Source of the DNA: Zygnema circumcarinatum SAG 698-1b | Lineage: Eukaryota; Plantae; Zygnematophyceae | Reading direction: 5' to 3' | Assembly (NCBI GenBank): GCA_037447605.1 | Contig: CM074808.1 | Location: 620,001 to 684,000 of the forward strand | DNA: 64,000 nt | Shown: piece after piece, positions 1-11,600 of the stretch | How the letters are laid out: each line of letters begins with the position of its first letter | Numbering within the stretch: position 1 is the stretch's first letter | Program-made: the position numbers and the translations under genes | Notes under the pieces: model-generated | Told to the model about the DNA's origin: nothing | Seen by the model: the letters and a program-made list of their open reading frames with translations, nothing else | Databases searched by the model: none

Positions 1-792
1 CCACCTCCCTCACCACCCCCTCCCTCTCCCCCACCTCCCTCTCCTCCACCACCACCTCCCTCACCACCCCCTCCCTCTCCCCCACCTCCCTCTCCTCCAC
101 CACCACCTCCCTCTCCTCCACCACCACCTCCCTCACCACCTCCTCCCTCTCCCCCACCTCCCTCTCCTCCACCCTCTCCTCCCTCACCGCCCCCTCCCTC
201 TCCCCCACCTCCCTCCCCACCACCCCCTCCTCCCTCACCTCCTCCAACTTCGCCTCCACCTCCCTCTCCTCCCCCTCCACCTCCCTCACCCCCGCCTCCC
301 TCACCGCCACCTCCTTCCCCACCTCCACCCCCTCTCTGTCCGACCGATTGCCCAGCAAACCCCTTCGACCTCTGCGACTTTTACTTCCTGGGCTATGAGT
401 TTGAGGTTCCCATTCTGCCCATTGGCTCTTCTGGGCCTGATGAGTCCATCAGCCCCCCCATCTACTTCAACGACACTGGGATCACCATTCCTGTGGAAGT
501 CGACAACTCCCAGCAGGGCCGCTTCCTTCAATGCCCCGTTCCTGCAAGTGGAGGCTCTGCCGGTGACCAGTTCTATGCTGTTGGCCAAATTGCCCGTGTC
601 CTTGTTCGCACCTTCCAGACAACTCCCGGTCGGGAGTTCTTTGAGAACCGCTGCGTCCTCCTGCCCTTGGGATCCATTCAGCTCGTCCTCACTATTGATG
701 GGGTAGAGCGCACTGTCAATGTGCCACCGGACTTCGACCTCCTCCCCACCACTCCGGAGCGCATGTGCGTTATCTTCAAGACCTCGGCTTAA
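1..792 (+). CDS. 5'-truncated extensin-like (Ser-Pro repeat) hydroxyproline-rich glycoprotein with a C-terminal Cys-containing globular domain
   Basis: Frame 1 is open from base 1 to TAA at 790-792. It reads [21 protein letters not shown]... for about 110 aa, then LCPTDCPANPFDLCDFYFLGYEFEVPILP...RCVLLPLGSIQLVLTIDG...MCVIFKTSA. Proline codons vary at the third position (CCA/CCT/CCC/CCG), unlike the pure CCCT intronic tracts. The ORF track shows only 493-792. Confidence 0.75.
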   Translation, partial: PPPSPPPPSPPPPSPPPPPPSPPPPSPPPPSPPPPPPSPPPPPPSPPPPSPPPPSPPPSPPSPPPPSPPPPSPPPPPPSPPPTSPPPPSPPPPPPSPPPPSPPPPSPPPPPLCPTDCPANPFDLCDFYFLGYEFEVPILPIGSSGPDESISPPIYFNDTGITIPVEVDNSQQGRFLQCPVPASGGSAGDQFYAVGQIARVLVRTFQTTPGREFFENRCVLLPLGSIQLVLTIDGVERTVNVPPDFDLLPTTPERMCVIFKTSA

Positions 793-2189
793 AGCCATTG
801 AGAGAACGAACGGGGGACCGGGCGGCAGTCAAGCTGGCTGGCAGCTTCCTGGAAGCTTCCTTGCAGCCCTCAGCAGCTGTGGCTGGGGTCGTTTTCTACG
901 TGTCTTGTGTACGTTGGTGTGTGAAAGTTCAAGGCAGAAGGTCCGTTCCTTTCCTTGGAACGGCAATGTTCCTGGTAATAACGGCTGTTCCTTGGGTGGG
1001 TGGCTATAGAGGTGGGTGATAGCTGTAGTGGTAGGAAGTTTATCGAGGTAGGGGCCTTGTTTGCAGGTCGGTTGTTTGATTTTTTGTTCCTTTGTTTCAA
1101 TAGCTCGAGATCCTATTGTTGATTACTCTTCAACTTCGTCTCAAAATGATTTTGTTCAATTGGTTTAGTGTTTTGACTATTTTTGGTGTTGAGGTTTTTG
1201 GGTTTTACGGCGTATGCCGATCTTGCTGCATTGCACGAAAGCCCGTGATGTGATGCACTTGATCGTCTCATTCGAGCACATTGGTTGACATGATTTAATT
1301 TCATAAACTGGCCTTGATGTGATATACTGGATGTGGTGTGATCAATCGGTTGGGACATGGTCAGCGAAGTGTCGTGTTTGGCTGTCTAAAATTTGAATGT
1401 TGCATTGCGAATCATCTCCCTATTTGGATGGGTGTTCTGCATGTGACGGGTTTGGATGTCACGAACTGTATACGCAGTCGCTGGTCTCTGCAGCCATGCA
1501 GGAAATTTGGGACAGGAGAACAGGAATAGACTGATGAATAACAGTGACTTCTTAGCCATTAGCTGCCTCGAAGGAATTCAGAACCAGTCGGTTAAAGCAC
1601 GAGCTTCTCGTGTCTGTCTCATCTCACTTCAACACGACGCCGTACTTTAGGACATGGCCCTAAAGTCAGTCACACCTTCCACTTTAGTCTGAGTCTTAGT
1701 AAGAATGTGCTCATGAGGTGACTAACACCTGCCGTTGTAGCACGCGTGACGGGCAGTTGAGTGGCTATTTCTAGTTACTGTATTCTGACCAGGGACAGGT
1801 CTGAGGCGGCGATCATTGGAAAGAGCGCCCCACCTCATGTCCGTTGATCCTGACTTGAGAGTACGTCCAATGGCCACATTGGCCTGGCCTTACTTTTGTA
1901 TGACTGGTCGACCACGGCTTTCCAATACAAAATTGGTCCATTTGGTATTATGCGAAATTGTATGGGGGAGAGGAAATAGCAGAGGATGTGGCATTGGTCT
2001 CACGATGGTGATGCCATCAAATGTACAGGGACAGAGACAAAATGTAAACGAGAAATATTATTAGGAAGTAGTTTTAATCACCATCGCCTTTACGATAAAA
2101 CACAGAATACTTTGCCTCCAATGGAAGCCTCAAAGTCCTTAACCCTGAGCTCGAAAATGTAAGACGTTAGAAAGCAGCAGGCGACTTGA

Positions 2190-5100
2190 ATGGAGGAGGC
2201 AGAGCTTCAAACCATGGCTTCCATCACGAAGAACCCCTTCTTTGAAGAAGGTGTTGCCAGCTGGCGCGCACTGACTGGCGGTGACCCGCGCTGCTGCCTC
2301 TCGTTCCACACGCGCGAGGAGCTTCCAGAAGCCACGGAATCGCCTGTGAGATTGCGGGGCCTCTGTTGCTTCTTTTTCTTCTTTATATTTTAAAGTTTGT
2401 TGGTGAGCTCTAGGGTTTCCACGCTCCAGAAAGTTTTGGAATTTACTGTAGGATGAAGTGGAAGGCGTTTATTGAAACTGAAAGCATGGATAGACGTTCA
2501 GAGAATCCAGAAATGATTCGCTGTATGATTTTGACCGAGTCAATCTTCCATTTGTCGAACACATATGCAGCTTGTGAATGCCGACTCTCTCTCCCTCTAT
2601 ATGCCTCCCTCTCCTACTCCCTCTCCCTCACGCGTTACTTCTCCCTCTCCCTTCGTTCTATCTCTCTCCCCCTCTCCCTCTCCCTCTCTGCAGCAGAACA
2701 GCCGCTACGTGTTGGTGTCGGGCCGTAAAGCGAGTTGGCAAGGCCTCGCTCAAGATGTGCAGCTCGAGCCAAATCGAAAATACAAAGTTTCCTCCGAAAT
2801 TTCAATAGCGGGAGCGGATTCCGCTCCCGTTCATGTCACGCTCAACCTAAAGCATCGCGATGGAAGTGAGTGGAAGAAGGCTGGAGGCGCCTATATTTGC
2901 CTTGGAAGGTGGGTTTAAAAGCTTGGCTACATTCAAAGGCGATGTTTCAGAGAGGTTTCGAGGTCCTAAAGGGCCCTAGGCCTAGAAATCAACATCTTTA
3001 AGAGGCGAGGCGAGGAGAGAAGGGGAGAGGAGAGGAGAGGAAAGTTGAAGAGGGGAGGAGGGGAGGAGGGGATGAGGAGGAGGAGAGGGGCGGAGGGGCG
3101 AAGTGGCGGAGGGGCGGAGGAGAGGAGGGGAGGAGCGAGGAGAGAGGAGAGAGGATAGGGAAGGAAGGAGGAGGGGAGGAGGGGAGGGAGGGAGGGGGGG
3201 GGAGAAGGAGGAGGGGGAGGAGGAGAGGGGGAGGTGGGGAGGGCGAGGGGGGAAGGGGGTGAAAAAGAAAAAAAGGAAAACCCTACAAGCCCTACAAACC
3301 CTAAAAACTCTGTATTTGGGACAAGGGCAGGGCGTCCGTATTGGTTCTCCATGGTTGATTGAAGCCTGAATATTATCCGCTATACCATGCTCAATATGAG
3401 AAAGACAAGCAGAGGGTGCATCGACTGGATAACAAAGCCCACATTCTCGACATCTTATGTTTACATAGTTTAAAGCGTTAATTCAATTGAATTCAGCTCT
3501 ATTTTTTCCTCTGGTTTCATTCTAAAATGTTGTTAATGCGGAACTGTGCTTGATGGCTGTGACCAGTGTCACAGCGACGAAGTCACGTTTTGTGACTCTC
3601 TCAGGGGAGCTTAAGGGCCTCCTGGAAATTCCCCCAATAGCAACGGCCTATGTGGAAGGGCCACCTGGTGGGGTCGACCTCCTTGTGGCATCGTTTTCCA
3701 TCCTTTCCGTAGACGGAAATCCGCAAACGGAACGTCGCATGCACATGGAAGTGAGCATTCCTTTGTTCCAACCCTTCTTCTGGAATCGTTTATCGTCAGT
3801 TTCCGATTCTTACAACCGTAGAAGCCCTAAGAGACCTAAATGTCCTGAACCCAAACCCTTCCCATACCCTCACCCTTCCGTCCCCCCCCCCCTCTCTCTC
3901 TCTCTCCCTTCCCTCCCCCGAATCCCCAGGAAAAGAAAGCAACTTCTTCAATTACTCGAAATTCCTATTTCCGAGAAGGAACGGCAGGATGGTATGTGCT
4001 GGCGGGGGGGAGTGCCAGCTGTCAGCTCTCCGTACATGATGTTAAGGACCTTCCCAAAACCATTTCGCCTCCTGTGAGTTCTCTGCAGACTTTCTTAAAA
4101 ACCACAAGATATATATAAGACATACAAGATATATATATATCTTATATATATATATAAGATATATATATATAAGATATATATATATAAGATATATGTCCGC
4201 GATATTCAGAAGTAGCAGGCAAATTAGTTTTTTGCATTTTTTTTTTGCTTTTTTCCGATGGTCTTCAAACGAGCATCTCCTAGATCCGTTCGTGACCGTC
4301 TAATGTCTGGAATTTCAAAGCAATTTTTGAAGGCCCAAAAAGCCTAAGAAAGGCGACCATCTCCTGCATTGTCTATGCAGGGTAACAGCAAATATGCAGT
4401 TCTGTCAGGCCGTAAAGCGGGCTGGCACGGTGTTGCACAAGACATAGAACCTCAGTTTCAAGCGAACCGTAAATATGAAGTACGTGCAGAAGTTGCCGTG
4501 AGAGGAGTGAAATCTGCTCAAGTTTTGGCGACACTTGCTCTAAAAAATCAGAATGGAAGCGACTGGAAAAAAACCCAAAATCCTTACATCAACATGGGAA
4601 GGTTCGAACACTGCCCCATACATTGCTTCTAGCATAATACCTTCAGTCAAAATCTCAAAACTCCCTGATCCCTAAATGAGGCTGACTGATAGATAAGAAG
4701 CAAAAAGCCTTACAGAAGGTTGATAACTTCCGAAAGCCTATATATAGAAATTAACTAGAATTAGAAAAAGAAATCAGAAAAAAATCAACAACAGACGTAT
4801 GTGTGGTGCGTGTAACCAGCGTCACTGCAAGCGACTCGGAGTTTGTGATTCTAGCGGGAATTTTGAAGGGCCTCAATGAAGTTCCGCCGAAATTAACAGC
4901 CTATCTGGAGGGGCCACCTGGCTGTACGGATCTCTTCATTTCGTCGTTTTCTATATGCGCAGTCGATGAGCCGAAACCCTTCCAGCCGCCTGAGTCAGGG
5001 CCTTTTCCGAAGGTAAATTGCTTAAAAAAAACACTTTAAAAATGTACAAGGAAAGTCGAGACTTGCTACAATATCAGTGGAGGGAGTGGCGGCAATCCTT

Positions 5101-7987
5101 TGTGTGGGGGGGGAGCAGCAGTGATCATATATGTTTATTTTCGAACTTCACAGCCCTTCTCTCTCTCCCTCCTCTTTCTCCCTTCTCATCTCTCTTTCCC
5201 TTCCCCTCACACTCTGATTTCTCTCTCCTCCAATGCTCTCCAAGCAGGGGGGGCTGAATATCGTTCTTAACGGAAATTTTGAACAAGGAACGGCGCACTG
5301 GGGCACCATGGGCGGAACAGAGACACTCACAGTGACACGTGGCAGCTCCTGCGGCTCTCCCCATGGCCCTCCCGTTGAGCCCTCCTCTCTCCCATCTCCT
5401 TGGCCTTCCGCTTACCCTCTCCTCTCTCGAACTCTCTCCCACCACCTCCCTCCACCCTCCCGCTTTCCACTTCCCGCATCTTTCAGCTGTTATTCATGTT
5501 GCCCTGATGGGCCCTCCCAACCCCCAAAGTATCCCCTCTCCTCTCCCTCCCACTCCGCATTGCAGAATGGGAAAAAGATGGAGAGGATGGGAGAAGGTGC
5601 GGGAGGGGGAGAGAGGGCCTCCTCTCTCCCTCCTTTAGCCGGACCCACAGTCCCATATTTAGTTGTCCGAAATCGAACTAAGGAATGGATGGGCCCCATG
5701 CAAAAGCTTACAGAGAGAGTGAAACCCTTATCTACCTATGCTGTTACAGCGTGGGTAAAATTAGGGCCTGGAAAAGGGGGTTCGCCCTGTTCACACGGTG
5801 TGAACATGACTATTTCAGTGGACGGGAAGTGGATAAATGGGGGAATGGTGGAGGCGAATTCTCAGAAGTGGGTTCGCTGCATCGGGTCATTTCGGATCGA
5901 GAAGAAGGTGGTCGACGTGACACTCTACCTTCAAGGAGCGATGCCAGGTGTCGATCTCTGGTTGGCCGATGTGCGCGTTGTGGAGGTGGATTGGAAGGCG
6001 AGAGTGGACGAACTTAAGCTCAAGGCTGAGGAGGTGAGGAGAGACTGTGGAAGGGAGCGGGTGTGTGGGAGATGGGGAGGGAGTAGGGGAGGGAGGGAGG
6101 AGGAGAGGAGGAGGGAGGGAGAAGGGGAGGAAAGATAGACGGAGGGAGCTTGTGGCGAATATAGGGGTCTCTGCTTGATATGGGGAGTAGAGAGAAGTAG
6201 GTAGAAGGGAAAGGGTTGGGGGGGGATGGGGAATGACGGATGGAGAAAGCGTGAGGGTGAATATCGCAGGGGGCAAAGAGAGAGGGAGAGGGAGGGGAGG
6301 AGGGAAAGTGGAAGGGACAGGGAAAAGGGGAGGACTCGTACACATCAACGTTAATTTGGAAGCTAGAACTGAATGTTTATGTTTATCTTTATTTACGCTG
6401 TATTGAACCAATCCAGTCTGTTGTAAGTGCTCTCATCCGCTCATTGCAGTGTTGAGTGGGTCATGAAATGTGCATATGCTGCATGGCAGGTTCGGAAGCG
6501 TGACGTGATATTCAAAGTACGGGATTCAAACGGCCGCCCTGTTCCAGCTGCATTTTTTTCCATCGACCAAACGGAACGGGGATTTCCACTGGGCTCATGT
6601 ATAAACAGCCGGGATATTCGAAACACTCGTTATCAGGAATATTTTGTGAAGCACTTTAATTTTGCGGTTTTTGAGAATGAGCTGAAATGGAAGCAAATGG
6701 AGTGGACGAGGGGGGACGTGAATTATACAGCCGCCGATTCTATGCTGCAGTTTTTGGAGAAGCACAAAATACCAGTCAGAGGACACTGCATCTTTTGGGA
6801 CAATGAATTTCCAGATTGGCTTCGTGCTTTGCCTGACGAAGAGGCTGCTGGTGAGAGTGACCTGCTTTATCCTCTTCCCAGCAATGTAGGAACCACTAGT
6901 GGGAGAGGAGGAGCGAGAAAGAAAGAGAAGGCCCGAGAGAGAGAGAGAAAGAGAGAGAGAGGAGGAGAGGATGAGGAGGGAGAGGGGAGGGGAGGGGAGG
7001 AGCAGGGGAAGGGAAAGAAAAAGTGATGAAAAAGCTTGTGAACATGGAGGAAGGTAGTCAGTGCTCCTAGTATTCTTACATTCTGACAGATTCTAGAAAG
7101 ACACAGTCCTGATTATCGTAGCAAACTGTAGAAATCATGAAGACCGCACTCGATGAGTTTGATGCCTATGTATCAGTTTCCTAATTGATAATTCGGTGGT
7201 TATTATCATTATTATTGCAGGCGAAGTCGATAAGCGAGTTGTTGAGCTTGTGCGGCGGTACAAGGGCCGCTTCCAACACTATGATGTTAACAATGAGATG
7301 TTGCACGGAGGCTACTTCACCCAACGATTTGGGCCAGGTGTCATCGCCAGGATGTTCCAACTTGCATACCGAACTGACCCAAATGCAAAGCTATTCGTGA
7401 ACGATTACCATGTGGGGGATGGATGCGACTGGAAATCTACTCCGGAAAAATATGCAGAATCTGTTCGGGAATTGCTGAAGAGTGGGGCCCCGGTGGGAGG
7501 AATTGGAATTCAAGGTCACATTACGGCACCTGTGGGAGTCCACTTCAAGGAAGCATTGGATGTGTTGGGAGAGATTGGCCTTCCTATCTGGTTAACAGAA
7601 ATGGATGTAAACTCCGTCGACGAGAGGGTGAGAGCGGACGATCTCGAGCTGATGTTGAGAGAGGCATTCGCCCATGAGGCAGTGGAGGGAGTGGTGCTGT
7701 GGGGCTTTTGGAAGGGGGAGGAGGGAGCTTCGGCCATGGCGGTCGCTAATGCCCATCTTGTGAATGAGGATTGGAGTCTGAACGAGGGGGGGAGGAGGTT
7801 GGATGCTCTTTTGAAGGAGTGGAGGACGGAGGGAGTGAGAGGGCTCGGCGATGCTAATGGGGTGTTCCCTTTGAGGGCCCACTTGGGCAAGTACAGAGTG
7901 AGGGTTCAGGTGGGGGAGGCTCTGCATGAGGAGGAGGTCGTTCTGGAGAAAGGCTTTGGGGCCCAAGTTGTGAATATTGTGATATAG
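2190..7987 (+). CDS. Endo-1,4-beta-xylanase, GH10 catalytic domain preceded by three CBM4/9(CBM22)-like modules (plant XYN1-like architecture)
   Basis: Approximate exons: 2190-2345, 2694-2908, 3567-3750, 3930-4073, 4381-4601, 4820-5012, 5248-6033, 6490-6850, 7221-7987. Three CBM repeats are visible (NPFFEEG/NSYFREG/NGNFEQG...W; YVEGPPGGVDL, YLEGPPGCTDL, YLQGAMPGVDL). GH10 motifs: AVFENELKW, VRGHCIFW, YDVNNE (acid/base), LFVNDY, GIGIQGH, IWLTEMDV (nucleophile), LWGFW. Confidence 0.93.
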
Positions 7988-8610
7988 CTTTTGGTGGGTG
8001 GAATTACTTTTTGTTTTTTTATGATTTTAGATAGGTAGACAGTCATGATTTTTCTATTCATTTGAAGATTGTGAATAGTTTCAGCTTGGAGAGCACAGCT
8101 TCTGTTCTTAAAATTGTAACATTTCAGACATCTTGTGAGAAAAGTTGGGATTGTAAATTGGGAGCAATGTTTTGTGGCTCATGGTCATGAGTGGTGCTGC
8201 GTTGTGGGGACTAATGATCAAACCTTGTGGCTAATGACTGAATTATAGTGACCAAGTTCAGCTCGAAGGCCCCAAAACAAAGTGCAGCCCAAGGACCTCG
8301 TGCACATGGTGGCCTTCCTTACGTATGGTACGGATGTGTACGATTCCGTACACAGGGTTTGTTGAAGCCAACCGTACAGAAAAAGCACCCCTAAACCGCT
8401 TTTGTAGCCGTACAGTACCGTATGAGCCGTACAATGGACTATCCGTTGCGCCTTTCGCGCTCCCCCACTCCCTCGCGTTCGCCCTCTCCCGCTCACTCTC
8501 TCTCACTCGCTCTCCCTCCCTCCCTCCCTCCCTCCCCCTCTCCCTCCCTGTCCTGATCCCGCCCTCCGTCTCTCTCCTTTCCCCCCCCCCTCTCCCGCCT
8601 CTCTTCAGCC

Positions 8611-11600
8611 ATGCTGAGCCTCTTGCTCGCCCTGTTTTTCGCTCTCTCCCCCTCAACAGCTTCCGCGAAGTACATCCCCGGCACAGAAGGTACCGCCCCA
8701 CATCCCTCCCCCCTTCCTTTGCCTCACCCCACATGAAAATTGCGCTGCATTTTAACGATTAATCTCTAATTCAATTGCATTCGTGAACCGATCCACCCTA
8801 ATTTCCACCCTAAAGTCTGGCCCCCATGTCTCCCCAGCATACGCGGTGGTCCTGAACACGCTCCCGCCCGCGGCCGCGTATGAGGGCGGGCACCAAAACC
8901 TTTTGCGGACTGCCCCGGAGTCCGGGCAGCGCCTGGATGCAGGAGCGCCGCACGTGCGGGCGTATGCAGACCACTTGGTGTTCACACACGAGGCGGTTCT
9001 CGCGGCTGTCGGTGTTCACACCTCGCAGAAGCTCTACAGGTGGGAACTGGGGCTGGGAACTAACTCTGTTGGGTATCTCGGGGCGGAATTTTTCCGTAAG
9101 ATATGGTCAATTTAGCAATAGAATGTGGTCATTTTCTTGGTAAAATTCGAATATTTTAAAGTTCCAAATGAGGGTTGTAATGAATAGTTTTCAGTTCATA
9201 GTTTATTTGAGTTAATGTAAGCATGATAAAGTGGAAATGTGGGTACCCAAGTGACATTCTGTAGAAGAGGCCACCGTGTCGGTTCTAAGATTCTTGTCTT
9301 ATTGCTAATTTGTCTTAAATTTACTCTGTTTTCTTCAGTCTAATCACGTTTTTGTGATTTCCAAGTCCAAGTTCGTTTTCTTTGCCATTTTTTTTTTTCA
9401 ATCGCTACGAATCACCTCATTAACGATTATTATTTTATTGTCATTGCCTTCTCCCTAATCTTCTCTGAAAAACTTTGATTCGAAACCTCAGACATAAATA
9501 TGAACACGTTGTGAGCGAGTGTTTAAAATTGTTATTATTATTATTATTAAATTATTATTTTTTTTAATAGACACAATAGTTAAGCAAAACACCTTTTTTT
9601 TATCCTGAAGTTTCCGTCCTGCCATCCATTACTATGCCAGAGTCTTATTCACATGACTAATGACCACACTCTCTTCCCCTCATCCTCTTTTACTTCCGTT
9701 CTCCCTCTCCCCCGTTTGGCTCGTTCTCCGTCCCTGTCCCCGCGTTGCCCGACTCTTCTCCCTCCCTCCCTCCCTCCCTCCCTCCCTCCCTCCTCCCTCC
9801 CTCCCTCCCTCCCTCCCTCCCTCCCTCCCTCCCTCCCTCCCTCCCTCCCTCCCTCCCTCCCTCCCTCCCTCCCTCCCTCCCTCCCTCCCTCCCTCCCTCC
9901 CTCCCTCCCTCCCTCCCTCCCTCCCTCCCTCCCTCCCTCCCTCCCTCCCTCCCCTCCCTCCCTCCCTCCCTCCCTCCCTCCTCTCCCTCCCTCCCTCCCT
10001 CCCTCCCTCCCTCCCTCCCTCCCTCCCTCCCTCCCTCCCTCCCTCCCTCCCTCCCTCCCTCCCTCCCTCCCTCCCTCCCTCCCTCCCTCCCTCCCTCCCT
10101 CCCTCCCTCCCTCCCTCCTCCCTCCCTCCTCCCTCCCTCCCTCCCTCCCTCCCTCCCTCCCTCCCTCCTCCCACTCCCTCCCTCCCTCCCTCCCTCCCTC
10201 CCTCCTCCCTCCCTCCCTCCCTCCCTCCCTCCCTCCCTCTCCCTCCCTCCCTCTCCTCCCACAGCTACAAGTACACTCTCAACGCCTTCGCCGCTTTGCT
10301 CCGTCCCGAGGATGTGGTGGCCCTTGAGAAGCATCCCGAGGTTGGCCGCGTTGTGAGGAACGAGCGGCGGTTCAAGCAGACCACCCACACTCCCAACTTC
10401 CTCGGAATTCCTCCCTCTCTGTGGAGGGCTGCGGGAGGGGTGGGAAGAGCAGGGGAAGGCGTCATCATAGGAGTCATCGACACGGGAATCAATCCGGACC
10501 ATCCGAGTTTCGCAGACGATGTGAGTAGAAAGTAAGGTGATAAGGTCTAAGGGTCAACTTGCAGAAACGGCAACTAATATAATCATAATGTACTTCTATT
10601 AATTCTGTAATATTGCGAATTTCCAGAGAGCTGACATCGCTTGCAGTGGAGATTACAAGGCCCTAGAAGCCATTGGTTTTCTTCTTCTTCTGTCTTCTAA
10701 AATAGGATTGAGATTGAGGTGCTCAGTTCCCTGTATTGTAAGTGATATTTGATCTTGTATGAAGCTTTGGTGCAGCATGGGGAGCCGTATGTGGACATTC
10801 ATTTCATCCGGTCATGGAGAGGGAGTTGCGATCTCGTCGATGAAGACTTCGAATGCAACAACAAACTCATCGGAGCCAAGTTCTTCGTCGCAGGACTTTT
10901 GGCAGGTGACCGCTCTTAGGAAACCCTAAAATGCTGAAAATTCCTAAGGCCCACATGCATCATGCCTTTGTGGAAACTCCCTCCCTCTCTCCATTCACAC
11001 TCCCTCCCTCTCTTCACTCACAGTCTCCCTCCCTCTCTCTTCACTCACAGTCTCCCTCCCTCTCTCTTCACGCACTCTCCTCCACTCTCTTCACTCGCAC
11101 TCTCCCTCCCTCCCTCTCGCCACTCACACTCTCTCCATCCTCTCTTTCCGCTCACGCGCTCTCTCTCCCACCCTCACTCCCTCCGCAGAAAACGACACAA
11201 TCGACACCTCCGCGGATCTGTACTCTGCCCGCGACTTCAACGGTCATGGAACGCACACTGCCTCCACTGCGGGAGGAAACCACGGAGTGAAAGTGATGGG
11301 AATTGATTCTAATTTCGACTTTGGAGAAGCTTCCGGGATGGCTCCCAGAGCCCGAATCGCCGCCTATAAGGGGCTGTGGATAAGCGGAAAAAAGTATCCC
11401 GGCTCGGATTACGGAACGGTGGTCGACCTTTTGGCGGCCTTGGATGAAGCAGTCAGTAAGTTTCAGTTTCAGCTTTAATTTGTGGCTTTACAATAGGTAA
11501 ATTCATTTGCAAGATCTAAAGTCAAAAGGTTGAATTACTATTTGGTGTTAAGGTTGAGGGGTTTTAAGACTTTATGTTCTCTCTCTCTCTCTCTCGTGCT

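Noticed and set aside
301-798. Minus-strand 165-aa ORF
   Set aside because: It is the antisense shadow of the extensin-like CDS in + frame 1.
4106-4194. AT-rich palindromic (AAGATATATA)n run
   Set aside because: Ordinary intronic low-complexity slippage repeat.
9653-10535. Long PPSL/GGRE-repeat ORFs (also 30773-31818, 12788-13380, 15998-16625, 41037-41486)
   Set aside because: These are translations of intronic CCCT/CT/GA microsatellites and are open in most frames.
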